A stretch of DNA of 64,000 bases from Fimicolochytrium jonesii. Lineage: Eukaryota. The stretch is from positions 186,001-250,000 of the forward strand of contig NW_026515700.1 of the NCBI RefSeq assembly GCF_025526975.1, given 5' to 3'. The translations under genes were made by a program, and so were the position numbers. The notes beneath the pieces are model-generated. The model was not told where the DNA came from. It saw only the letters and a program-made list of their open reading frames with translations, and searched no databases. Positions 1 through 11,451 of this stretch are shown here, one piece after another; the first letter of the stretch is position 1, and each line of letters begins with the position of its first letter.

Positions 1-1440
1 CTTAGGGCCCCCATTGCCCAGCAATCTCAAGAAGATCAAGAACGGATAAAGCGATTCTCCGAGGAAAATGGGGTTCTGCTGTACGACAACCTTGTCTACG
101 TCCCCACCAACAAGCTCCGTGCTGAGATCTGCCGGGACATGCATGACACGCGTTTGGCAGGACACTACGGCATGTCAAAGACCCTGGAGCTCATCTCACG
201 CAACTACTGGTGGCCTAGCCAATGGCGTTTTGTCAAGTCCTACATCAGGTCCTGCGACGTATGTGCTCAAGCCAAGACCGGCAGACACAAGCCCTACGGT
301 CTCCTCCAACCCCTGCAGGTCCCTGACCGCCCCTGGGGGTCAATTTCCATGGACTTCATCACGGATCTACCCGCCAGTGATGGGGTTGATTCTGTGCTTG
401 TTGTCATCTGCCGGTTCACCAAGATGGCGCACTTTGTACCGTGCAGGAAAACTGCCACCGCTGAGTCAACTGCAGATCTGATCTGGCACCATGTCATCCG
501 GCTCCATGGACTCCCCGACGATATTGTATCTGACCGTGGCCCACAGTTCAACTCCCACTTCTGGAAACGTCTCTTCGCTCTCCTGGGAACCAAGGTCAAC
601 CTCTCATCGGCGTTCCATCCCCAGAGCGATGGACAAACCGAGTGGACCAATCAGATTCTTGAGCAATACCTTCGCTGCTTTTGCAACTATCAACAAGATA
701 ACTGGAAGGAACTCTTGTCTTCTGCTGAGTTCTCTTACAATAACACCATCCACTCCGCCACCCAGACAACCCCCTTCTACGCCAACTATGGGTTCCATCC
801 TCGATTCAGTCTGGCTTCCGCCACCACAACCGAATCCCTTAATCCTGCAGCCGAAGCTCGTGCCAACCATCTCAAGGAAATCCATGAACAGCTTGCCACT
901 GAGCTCAAGGAGGCCCAAGGACGCATGAAGCGCTTTGCCGATGCTAAGAGGGCACCTGGCCCAGACATGAAACCCGGGGACAGTGTCTGGCTCTTACAAC
1001 GGAATCTCAAGACTCTCCGACCTTCCCAGAAACTTGATCACCGTAAGATTGGCCCCTTCACAATCACGGAGAAGATCAACTCGGTCACATATCGCCTCAA
1101 GCTTCCCCCATCCTACAAAATTCACAACGTCTTCCATGTCTCCCTTCTTGAACCACGTTTCACCATTCCGGAGCGAACTGAGCCAGAACCCACCCCACCA
1201 GAAGAAGTCGAAGGACAGGAGGAATGGATTGTGGAAGACATTCTTGACTCCCGTATTCGACGCACGCACCTTCAGTACCTCATCAAGTGGCAGGGTTGGC
1301 CAAGCTCGGAGAACACATGGGAGCCAGTGGAACACCTTGCCCGATGTCAAGAGCTTGTTGCCCAGTTCCACCAAAAGTACCCCGACAAACCCCGACCAAA
1401 GCCTGCCAACATCAAAACAACATCCGGACGCCGTGGCTAA
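1..1440 (+). CDS. pol: Ty3/gypsy (chromovirus) pol 3' part: integrase plus chromodomain, element A, 5'-truncated by the window edge
   Basis: The frame is open from base 1. Motifs: HHCC zinc finger (HDTRLAGH...CDVC), DDE core (SMDF, SDRG, QTE), GPF motif, IHNVFHVSLL, and chromodomain EWIVEDILDSR...YLIKWQGW...NTWEP. Confidence 0.97.
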   Translation, partial: LRAPIAQQSQEDQERIKRFSEENGVLLYDNLVYVPTNKLRAEICRDMHDTRLAGHYGMSKTLELISRNYWWPSQWRFVKSYIRSCDVCAQAKTGRHKPYGLLQPLQVPDRPWGSISMDFITDLPASDGVDSVLVVICRFTKMAHFVPCRKTATAESTADLIWHHVIRLHGLPDDIVSDRGPQFNSHFWKRLFALLGTKVNLSSAFHPQSDGQTEWTNQILEQYLRCFCNYQQDNWKELLSSAEFSYNNTIHSATQTTPFYANYGFHPRFSLASATTTESLNPAAEARANHLKEIHEQLATELKEAQGRMKRFADAKRAPGPDMKPGDSVWLLQRNLKTLRPSQKLDHRKIGPFTITEKINSVTYRLKLPPSYKIHNVFHVSLLEPRFTIPERTEPEPTPPEEVEGQEEWIVEDILDSRIRRTHLQYLIKWQGWPSSENTWEPVEHLARCQELVAQFHQKYPDKPRPKPANIKTTSGRRG

Positions 1441-1452
1441 AGGAGGGGTTGA

Positions 1453-1981
1453 TGTTATGGGCGACGCGTCCATACCATGCGCTTACCTCATGACAGCATC
1501 CCAACAGTCAGTCAATGTCAATTCCCTGTCAAAACCTGACATCTGCCAAACCTCGCAGCCGCACGCAGCCGCGCTACCCCACACCTGCCACTGCCTTCAT
1601 TTCTCCACGCAGCCGCACGTAGCCACACCTCCCAACACTCGGCGCTTACAAACCCTTCTCCATACTTCCCCACGTACCGCCCACAGCCTCAGCGTAGCCA
1701 CCCCATCCCCAGTCTTCTGTTTCTATGCTTCCCCACCCTTGGCGCTTCTCTTGGCTTCCCTCTCATTCCGTACCCTTCTGCTTCCCCACGCTTCCCCAGC
1801 CTTCCCAGAAAAACATAAATAGCCGCCTCCCCTGAGCTCCCCACTTCCTGATCCCCCAGCAGATCAACACCAGTTCTTCCTAGTCTTGTTCTAGTTCTTG
1901 TTTCGGTCTGAATACCATTACCTGTCAACAACCTGCACCACAAGTCGCGTCTATTTCCATCGGCTCCGCCCATTCATAACA
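1453..1981 (+). mobile_element. 3' LTR of element A (LTR family A, 529 bp), preceded by the polypurine tract aaaggagggg
   Basis: TGTTATG...CATAACA termini with a PPT right after the pol stop. It is a near-identical inverted copy of 4676-5205 (about six differences by eye). Confidence 0.95.
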
Positions 1982-3744
1982 TCAGGGGTGCAACGATCGC
2001 AGAGTACCCTTTGATGAATCGCCGGTAGAAGTTGGCGAAACCAAGGAAGCGCTGGATGCCTTTGACATTCGTTGGGGGTTCCCATTCGGTAATGGCAGCC
2101 GTCTTCTTTGGGTCCATGGAAATGCCTTGCTGGAGATGATAAACCCCAGGAACTCAACAGAGTCACGGTTGAATTCGCATTTTTCCGGTTTCGCATACAG
2201 CCCGTGCTGGCGGAGTCGTGAGAGCACCTCTCGGACGTGGTTGGGGTGGTCTTCTGGGTTTTTTGAGAAGATCAGAATGTCGTCAAGGTAGACCACAACA
2301 AAAACGTCGAGAATGTCACGGAATATGTCGTTCATGAGGTGTTGGAATACTCCAGGGGCATTGGTGAGCCCAAACGGCATGACATTATACTCGAATAGGC
2401 CGTAGCGACATCGGAACGCTGTCTTCCATTCATCCCCTGGCCGGATCCGAAGAAGGTTGTAGGCTCCCCGGAGGTCAATCTTGGTGAGCCGGCGTGCCCC
2501 TCGAAGACGATCCATGATGCTGTTAATCAAGGGCAAGGGATAGCGATTCTTGATGGTGATATTGTTGAGTCCACGATAGTCGACGCACAGACGGAGGGAA
2601 CCGTCCTTTTTCTTGACAAAGAGGACTGGGGCACCAGCGGGAGACTTGGAGTGCTTGATGAACCCCTTAGCTAGGTTCTCTTCAAGGTAGTCACAGAGTG
2701 CCTGCATTTCAGGCTCGCTGAGACTATAGATCGGGCCGAACGGTGGCTGTTTGCCCTCTTCTAAGTCGATGGGACAGTCGTAGGGTCGGTGCTCTGGGAG
2801 GGTATCCGCGTTCTTCTTGGCGAAGACGTCCGCAAAATCTTGGTATTCTTCAGGAATGATGGCCTTCGGATCTTTTGGAGGAAAGGTCGCCAGGGCTTGG
2901 GAATCTGACTTGGTCGGATTGGCGTAGGCAATGAATGCCTGGTCATGCCTTGCCGCCACACGGAAAGCTGGGGCACTGATAAACGATACGTGGGTCGGTG
3001 TGGGTGCTGGGTCCAGTGTGTTGGGTGTCTGGGCTAGGGAGACTGAAATCTCGTCTTGATGGATACGGATCAGAGGTTCAGGGGTTTTTGAGGGCTTCGG
3101 GCTAGGTTCTGTTGGCAGGGCATCCCAGGAGGCGTATTGTCCAAAACCGCAATGGCAGCGGACGCAAAGAGTGCGAGTCTTCCAGTGTAGCTCCACATCA
3201 TGGAGCTCAAACCAGGGAAGCCCAGGATGATTGGCGCATGCGGGGAACATGTCACATGGAATACCACCTCCTCAAAATGGTCGTTGACCCACATGCCCAA
3301 AGGTTGGGTGTGATGGGTAATGGAGCCCGCATGGCTGGGACGTCCGTCAACCAGTTCAAGCGCAATGGGGTCCTCCTTCTTGACAAGTGGGATGCGGTGC
3401 TTGCGGGCATAACTTTCGTCGATGAAGCACGACATCGCACCGGTGTCGAGTAGTGCTGAAAGCTGAACTGGAGCTCGCTGGGCCGATATCTGCAGGGTAA
3501 CAGGGTACTCGAATGGTGAGGATGGGCCCAAAGTCCGCATGGGTGAGGGTATCTCAGATAGGAGATTGACATTGTTGGTGGTCAGGAGAAGGGTGTTGCT
3601 GGAGATGCCAGGATCGGAGCAAGGTTTTGTGGCTTCTCCCTTGGCAGTACTTGCGTGGTGAGAAGGCCCAGGACAGGTGTTGCCCAGCTGCTCGGCCTTT
3701 ACTGCAGCTGGACTTGGGCAAAATCCTGGATGGGTGCAGGTTCC
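1982..3744 (-). pseudogene. pol: Element B pol (protease and reverse transcriptase), frameshifted and interrupted by element A
   Basis: Protease ALLDTGA; RT motifs [42 protein letters not shown] in another frame. One-base frameshifts near 3215 and 2125. The reading frame stops abruptly at LTR A. Confidence 0.93.
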
Positions 3745-4645
3745 TTAACCGCGACATTTGCCGTGCGTATCTTGTTCGGGCAGAGTTTGGCTATGTGGCC
3801 GGGTTTACCACAGTAGAGGCAAAGTTTGTTTGTGATGCGGTGTTGGCGCTCTAGCGGTGTGAGGGGTCCTCGCGGACGAGCAGCGTCAATGATCATAGGG
3901 TCGTCTGGGCGGTTGTCGGGGCTCATGAGGGTGGGGCTAGTGGTAACTGGCACATATGGCTGTTGGTTCCTGCTTCGCTCTAGACGGCGCTCAAACAATC
4001 GGTTGTCACATTGGATGGCCTGTTCCATCACGGTGTCAATTGAGGCGGTAGGGGGCATCGTGAGCATTAAGTCCTTGACGTCTTCTTTGAGGCCGCGACG
4101 GAAGGTGGCAATCATGCCTGGTCATTCCACGACACATCGCATTGCAGCTGTCGGAATTCAGCTACATACTCTGTTGCTGCATGGGTTTGTCGAAGGTTCT
4201 GGAGCTTGTTTTCAGACGTGCGGATCCTGTCGCTGTCTCCAAAGACTGCTTGCATTTGCTGGATGAAATCATCCAGGTTCGTAAGGGAATGATGGTCTTG
4301 TTCGACAAGGGGCGCCAGCCAGGCCTGGGCGGTGCCAGTGAGGTAGGTGCCAATAGTTCGTATCTTGGTCTGATCGTTTGGGTAGCGCCTGGGTTGGAGG
4401 GCGAACATGAGCCGGATCTGGTTGAGGAACCCACGGAACTTGCTTCGGGTGCCATCAAATTTGTCTGGGAGACTGATTTTGGGTTCGGGGGCGTGAGTGG
4501 CAGGGGCAGTGGTCTGGGTTTGCGCTTTTTCGGCTTGTAGGGTGGTATTCTGCGCTCGAAGTTCGTCAATCGCATTGCACATGGTTTGCCAGGCTTCGGC
4601 CGTGAGGGGAAGGGCGTCGGACATGGTGATTTGGCGTGGAGGCAC
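3699..4645 (-). pseudogene. gag: Element B gag (capsid plus CCHC zinc knuckle) with one frameshift near 4115
   Basis: PDKFDG..SKFRGFLNQ, LRQ...EYVAEF, FRRGLKEDVK and CLYCGKPGHIAKLC. Confidence 0.92.
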
Positions 4646-4675
4646 AGCGGCTGGGGGTTGTTGAGCAGATCAAAC

Positions 4676-5205
4676 TGTTATGAATGGGCGGAGCCGGTGG
4701 AAATAGAGGCGACTTGTGGTGCAGGTTGTTGACAGGTAATGGTATTCAGACCGAAACAAGAACTAGAACAAGACTAGGAAGAACTGGTGTTGATCTGCTT
4801 GGGGATCAGGAAGTGGGGAGCTCAGGGGAGGCGGCTATTTATGTTTTTCTGGGAAGGCTGGGGAAGCGTGGGGAAGCAGAAGGGTACGGAATGAGAGGGA
4901 AGCCAAGAGAAGCGCCAAGGGTGGGGAAGCATAGAAACAGAAGACTGGGGATGGGGTGGCTACGCTGAGGCTGTGGGCGGGTACGTGGGGAAGTATGGAG
5001 AAGGGTTTGTAAGCGCCGAGTGTTGGGAGGTGTGGCTACGTGCGGCTGCGTGGAGAAATGAAGGCAGTGGCAGGTGTGGGGTAGCGCGGCTGCGTGCGGC
5101 TGCGAGGTTTGGCAGATGTCAGGTTTTGACAGGGAATTGACATTGACTGACTGTTGGAATGCTGTCATGAGGTAAGCGCATGGTATGGACGCGTCGTCCA
5201 TAACA
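4676..5205 (-). mobile_element. 5' LTR of element B (LTR family A)
   Basis: TGTTATG/CATAACA termini; reverse complement of 1453-1981; directly upstream of gag. Confidence 0.95.
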
Positions 5206-6006
5206 CCTGGAGCAGTATCTCCGATGCTTTTGCAACCACCAACAGGACAACTGGAAACAACTTCTGTCGTCCGCCGAGTTCGCCTAAAACAACACCCATC
5301 AGTCCGCCTCCCAGACCACCCCCTTCTATGCCAACAAGGGTCTCCACCCCCGCTTCAGTTTTGCGGCCTCTGCTACCTCCGAATCCGCCAACCCCGCCGC
5401 TGAAGCCCGCGCTAAACAAATCAGGGAATTCCATGAACAGCTCGCCCTCGAGCTCAAGGAAGCCCAAGATCAAATGAAGCGCTACGCCGACGCCAAACGA
5501 ATTCCTGGACCGGACTTCAAGCCTGGCGACCACGTCTGGCTCCTCCGCAAAAACCTCCATACAACCCGGCCCTCTCAGAAACTTGACCATCGCAAGATTG
5601 GGCCATTCCCCATCGTTGAAAAATCAATCCCGTCGCCTACCGGCTCAAGCTCCCGCCTACGTACAAAATCCACGATGTCTTCCATGTCTCGCTCCTCGAA
5701 CCCCGCTTCACCATCCCCGAACGACACGAACCCGAACCCGCGCCCCCAGAGACCGTTGAGGGTCAAGAAGAGTGGGTTGTCAAAGCCATCCTTGACTCTC
5801 GCATCCATTGTCGTCGCCTTCAGTACTTGGTCAAATGGCAGGGCTGGCCTGACTCCGAGAACACCTGGGAGCCCGTGGAACACCTCACCCATACCGACGC
5901 ACTCCTCCAGGACTTCCACAGCGCGTACCCCAACAAGCCTTCCGCTGTCCCCGTAGCACCTCCTCTGCGGCCACACCAAACTCGACGCCGCCGCCGCCGC
6001 CGCTAA
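5206..6006 (+). pseudogene. pol: Element C degenerate integrase C-terminus plus chromodomain, interrupted by element B
   Basis: Reads LEQYLRCFCNHQQDNWKQLLSSAEFA*..., KIGPFP, IHDVFHVSLLEP and EEWVVKAILDSR...WQGW...NTWEP across stops and frameshifts; paralogous to 660-1440. Confidence 0.92.
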
Positions 6007-6018
6007 AGAGAGGGGTGA

Positions 6019-6556
6019 TGTTATGGACGACGCGCCCATACCATAAGCTTACCTACTGACAGCCGCCAATGTCAACCGCCAAATGTCAAACGCCAATGTC
6101 AATGTCAATGTCAGTGTCAATGTCAGTGTCAATGTCAATGTCAATGCCACTCCCCCTCTCTCCTCTCATTTCGCCAATCCTCTTGCAATATCGCCACTCC
6201 TCCTCTCTCCTCTCATTTCGCCAATCCCCCCTCGGCTTCTCCACACCCCCCACTACTTCCCCATAGCCAGCAGCTGTAGCAATGCTCTCTACGCTCGCCA
6301 CGCACGCTCCAGGAGCATAGCTGACGCCCCCCAGTCCCCTCTTGTTGTTGTTGTTCTCTGATCTGCTGGGTTGCCTATCTATAAATAGCCGGCCTCTCTT
6401 CGTCCGTTCCCTTCCTCCCCAGCAGATCAACACCAGTTCTTCTCATCTCCTGTTCTAGTCCTTGTTTCTTGTTTCGCCAATAAAATCTCTTGTCGCCTAT
6501 CACTCTCGCCCTGTCTTCTCTACTTCGCTTCCGCCTCCGTCGTCGAGATCATAACA
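6019..6556 (+). mobile_element. 3' LTR of element C (LTR family B, 538 bp) with PPT aaagagagggg and an internal (AATGTC/AGTGTC)n microsatellite
   Basis: TGTTATG...CATAACA termini; TATAAATA near 6380; inverted homologue at 7130-7667. Confidence 0.93.
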
Positions 6557-7129
6557 CCAACCCCGCCACCTCAAAGCACCCCAGTACCGCCTCCGCGCTA
6601 TCTGCACACGGTATAGCGGCGTATCCTTTGAGGAGGGTACGGAGGGCGGTGGCGATGTGGGGTGGGGTGGTCGGGAGGGTGTGCGGTTGTGAGGATTTGG
6701 TGGAGGGTTGATAGGATTTGGGAAGGGGTTGGTGGCGGGTGAGGGATGGGGGGGACCGCCGTCTGCTGACGTCATCATTTGCGGTCTTGGGCACGGGTGT
6801 TTTGAGGGGGATGGTGGTGGTGTCGTGGGTGGGTTCCTCATTCGGACCATCCTCCCCAGATCGCCAAGCCAACCGACGAAGATCTCCCATAGCAACGGCA
6901 ACGTTTCTCGCTGTCCAAGAATTGACAAACTCGATTTTCCACCCCCCCCGCCTCACACCCTCTTCATCCGCCCACTTGGCATCCACAGGACACCGTAACC
7001 CCCTCCACGCCAACACCGGATCCCGCACCCTCACCGCCAACCCCGTCACATACAACGCCGAGCGGTCCGTAGGCCGTATCCCAGCGCGGTCCATCTCGTC
7101 CAAAGTCCCAGCGCGGGGAGGATGGGGAC
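6557..7129 (-). pseudogene. Host gene fragment, possibly pentatricopeptide-repeat (PPR) protein, trapped between two LTRs
   Basis: PPR-like segments LDEMDRAGIRPT and TLLKGYA...DSAEAVLGCFEVAGL; both ends cut by LTRs. Confidence 0.45.
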
Positions 7130-7667
7130 TGTTATGATCTCGACGACTGAGGCGGAAGCGAAGTAGAGAAGACAAGGCGAGAGCGATGGGCGACAAGAGA
7201 TTGTATTGGCGAAACAAGAGACAAGGACTACAACAAGAGATGAGAAGAACTGGTGTTGATCTGCTGAGGAGGAAGGGAATGGACGGAGAGAGGCCGGCTA
7301 TTTACAGATAGGCAACCCAGCAGGCCAGAGAACAACAACAACAAGAGGGGACTGGGGGGGCGCCAGCTATGCTCCTAGAGCGTGCGTGGCGAGCGTAGAG
7401 AGCATTGCTACAGCTGCTGGCTATGGAGAAGTAGTGGGGGATGTGGAGAAGCCGAGGGGGGATTGGCGAAATGAGAGGAGAGAGGAGGAGCGGCGATATT
7501 GCGGGAGGATTGGCGAAATGAGAGGAGAGAGGGGGAGTGGCATTGACATTGACATTGACACTGACATTGACACTGACATTGACATTGACATTGGCGTTTG
7601 ACATTGGCGGTTGACATTGGCGGCTGTCAGTAGGTAAGCTTATGGTATGGGCGCGTCGTCCATAACA
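7130..7667 (-). mobile_element. Solo LTR (family B) without target-site duplication
   Basis: TG...CA termini and homology to 6019-6556. The flanks GGGAC and GTCCG do not match, and there is no PBS or PPT adjacent. Confidence 0.9.
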
Positions 7668-8324
7668 GTCCGGGCTTCGACGTCGACGAGGTGAGCGTGA
7701 GCGGGAGTGCCTCCTTCCAGGTGGCGACCACGGGGGTGACCCCCTGCATCTGTGCAAGGGGCGGTTACGCTCTGCGGGGCCGTCGCCTTGGCGTTGATCG
7801 CAGTCGAGCCGTTGCGCCCTTCAATGCGGGTGTTCAAATGGGTCAAGCTCTAAGCGGTCATTGTTAACTATCGCATAGCTGACGGCGGTATTAGCACCCG
7901 CCTGAGAGTTGCTCATCGTAGGTTGCCGGAGAGATATTGAAGGGTGGTGCTACCATGTAATAATGCTAGGTCCGTTGCGAGAGGCTAGCTCTGTCTCCGC
8001 TCGATATATTGAAAGAATTCTAGAGTTTCTACCTCCCAGGGCGCCACCTGAAGGCTTTTCTTCCCTTCGGGAGTCACCCCAGAGCGTAGGACTCCAATAT
8101 AATCTATGCTACACGTGATCTCATGCCCTACGCGCTTCCCCGCACTAAGGTTACACCTGCAGCACCTCATTACAGACGGGTTGGAAGTTTGCGTCGGGGG
8201 CGGTGGCGTCGCCAAAACCGACGACAGAGTTATTGGTGGGCGAGTTGAAGGTGAGGGTTACATTGACGGTGGTGAGGCTGGTGCCTGCGGGGGTCAGGGT
8301 GTTGGAGTCAACTACAGCTGCCAT
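7668..8324 (-). pseudogene. Thr-rich unknown gene, 5' part only, truncated by the solo LTR
   Basis: ATG at 8324 (MAAVVDSNTLTPAGTSLTTVNVTLTFNS...) and a plausible acceptor near 7852 followed by SLTHLNTRIEGRNG..., which runs into the LTR. Confidence 0.35.
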
Positions 8325-8900
8325 GGTTGTGTTTTCGGAAACGAATAGATGAGGTGCTCGTTTTTGCAAACCGATCTGTTGACCGTGCGCTTTCGGCGAA
8401 CGTGGATCCCTCTTGTCCTGCCTTATTTCTGAGCTGGGTTGATTCGAAAATGACAGAAGCCGGGGGCATGACATCAGGGGGGAAAGGAAGGAAGCGGACA
8501 AAGTACGTTGGCGGGTGGAAGGCTGGAGGGTTTGGCGGAGGTGTGCTTAGCGGCGCGCTGTCGAAAAGGGCATTCCGCCAAGGAAGCCTGACACAGCGCG
8601 GGCATCTGGCCAGCCAATCACGCCGCTCTGAGCAGACCATCTGGCCAAGCACACGCCTCCATGCAGAACACTCTGGCCAGTCGTCCGTCTGCCCATCCGG
8701 ACATGGCTGGCACCCGTCGAGAAGCTCCAAGCAATACTACATACGTACTGTACGTACTGTATCAGTGCAGCACGCCCAGTCCGCCATACTACAGTATATA
8801 GTCCAGCAGGGCGTCCCGTCGGAGGACATACAGACAGTCCTTCCTTTCTCGTTATCGCTACTTGACAGCGTAAGGTTTCAAAACACTCCGGCTCACGAAG

Positions 8901-11451
8901 ATGGACTCCGGAACAGAAATCTTGTTTCACAACCCCATCCCCGTCACGCTCAAACACCCCGGCACGCGAAGTGGAATCAACACCCCTAGAGGCGGGAGTC
9001 ACACGGGAAGTCTGAGCATCGGGCTTGGAGATGGGTACCAAGAAAAGCGGCGCTCGAACGTCACTGTGCAAGTCGCCCTGGCTTCGAAGAATGCGGGTCG
9101 TTTGAAGGTTGGTTGGTGATGGTGTGACAAGTAAGGTGGCCGGTCTTGGCCAACGACCAGGCTGACACCGGCCCTTCCATTCATTAGGTGCTTGAGCTCC
9201 AGCTGACGGACGAATCAGATCCGTTCTTTCTGTATCACCTCGAAATCGGCGAAGATGACTTTCACGCTCTGAAGGACGAGCAGAACCTGCTAGTGGATTT
9301 CCAGCAGTTTCCCGTAAACTTCATCGAACTACTGGAAGCTTGTGACAAAGCTTCGAGGGATGTCCAACCAAAGTAGGTAGGCAAGTGGGCTGCATCCCTA
9401 TGTTTGTCTTATCAGGAAAGCGCATCTAACGGCTGTCAATCGACGCCAAAGGTTCGTAGCGCAGCTGACATCCGATCTGGACTATGCGACCTTCCAAGTG
9501 ATCGAGACCAACAATTTCCGAAACATTACACACATCTCGCTGAAGTTTATACCGGGCAACGACGATGCTGTGAAGCGGTATCTGGCAAAGCTGGTGAAGG
9601 AGTTGAAGGTTCGGCCGTGGGAGTTTCGAAGGTCTTGAAGTATGTGTAAGAACAGCAGCCTAACGCATGTATATCAACAGATCGAAAACAGCGGGGTGAA
9701 ATCTAAACTTGACGTCACTGAAATTAGCCTAGCAACACGGCTACGCGACGCGGAGGCGCTGACTGCAACCCTGACGGCGGAGCTGGAGAAGATGAAACTG
9801 AATCATGCAGAGCAAATGAGCCGCGTGCAGTTGCAGCATGCTGAGGACTCTGCGCGGGAGAGGGAGGACCTTATACGGCAGCGGGAAGAGCAACGGCTCG
9901 CGGCCGAGCGGGAGAAGCGGAACTTGGAGATTCATTTCGAGGAGAAGGTATGCCCAGATACGGATGATTTCTCTCACATCAGGGGCCTAACTGACGCCGG
10001 CCATCTCAGAACAAAACCCTCTCCCAAGACCTAGCCTCCATAACCGCCCAACACTCCCACGTCCTCTCCCACGCACAAAGCCTCGAATCCACCATCTCCA
10101 GCTTCACCAAACAGCTCGACACACTCAAGCGCGACCTCACCATCACGCGACAGGATCTCGACAAGGAGATCCACGCCAACACGGATCTGAGTCGCGTGAA
10201 AGCGGGATTGGAGGCGGAGGTTGACTCTTTAAGGGGGAACATTGCGGCGCTGGAGAGAGAGGGGAGGGATAGGAGTCGGGAGGATAAGAGGGTTAAGGAG
10301 GTGTTGGATGAGGTGAATGAGCGGAAGGTGAGATGGCGGGCTGGTTTTGGGAATTTGGCGGCGAATGGGTGTCCTCATCTGTGTGTCATCACGTTCATTT
10401 GCCGCGACGGATCTGTAGAGCAAACTGGAAGAGTCGCTGGAACAGAGTCGGGCCCAGAACGCACGGTTAGAGGAAGGGCTGACACGAGCTCGGGAGGAGA
10501 TCAACAAGGTAAGGCCGCATCCCTCACACTATCTAGCGGTGTTTCCATTAAAAACCGGTGGTAATCGGGCATACCCTCCCCACTCCCCCCGCAGGGCAAC
10601 GAAATCATCCGCAAGCTCCAATCAGACCTCAAATCCTCCAAATCGAAACTCAAGCTGAAAAACGTCGTCACCCTGCAACAAGAGAAACTCCTCGACGAGA
10701 AGACGGCCGGCGTGCAGGCGCAGCAGAAGGAGATTGCGGAGTTGAAGGAGACGCTGGCGAGTACTCGGAGGGAGTTGGAGGAGGCGAAAGGGAAGGTTGG
10801 GGAATTGGAGGGGGTGGTGGAGGAGGGGAGGAAGGTTATTGAGGATAATAGTCGGGGTAGGGGGTTTGTGGGCTGGAGGCGGGGCTGCGGCGTGCCTGTG
10901 TGTGGAGCTGACGTACTCTCGATTATTTAACTAGTGATTGAATGGCTCCACAAGCAGCTGAACGAGGATGCGCTTGTCCGTCCACTACCTGCAACAGCAA
11001 CAAGTACGCTGGGGACCTACCCGCCTGCGGCAGCGGTGGCGGCGGAACGGCATACTGGCGCTTTGGATGAGGTTGAGGCGAAGGTATGTTTCAAAACAAC
11101 CAAACAATCGAAAGACGACATAACTCAACCCTCGATATTCTTTTGTTGTAGCCCTCAAAACCTTCACCAACGGGCTACCGCAGCCGGTACCTCTCGACCC
11201 TCTCCACCACCACACACAACAAAGATCTGCACCACACTCAACCACTGTACGCAGACAAACCCACCGCTAAAACAGCCAACTCGTACGACCCGGCGCGGTA
11301 CTCCCCACCTTACACGTCAGCGAGTACCGGGAGACAGGGTACCGCTTATGGTTCGAGAATCCCGGAGTTGAAGACGAGGGGGGTGGACGTGGGCGGGAAG
11401 GAGGAAAGGAGGGCGGGGAGGAGTGTGCCGGTGAAATCTAATTACTTTTGA
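8901..11451 (+). CDS. SAS6: Spindle assembly abnormal protein 6 (centriole cartwheel protein), multi-exon
   Basis: SAS-6 head motif LTDESDPFFLY...F..LK.EQNLLVDF..FP, ETNNFRNITHISLKF, coiled coil with KGNEIIRKLQ..KLKLKN, IEWLHKQLNE, C-terminal SNYF*; GT-AG introns. Confidence 0.93.

Noticed and set aside
1453..5205. A single element with 530-bp terminal inverted repeats
   Set aside because: The inverted copies are LTRs of two separate nested Ty3 elements: one follows a PPT and the other precedes a PBS and gag.
6069..6433. ORFs with MSMSMS / NVNVNV / CQCQCQ / IDIDTD repeats (also 7302-7757)
   Set aside because: They are translations of the LTR hexamer microsatellite, not genes.
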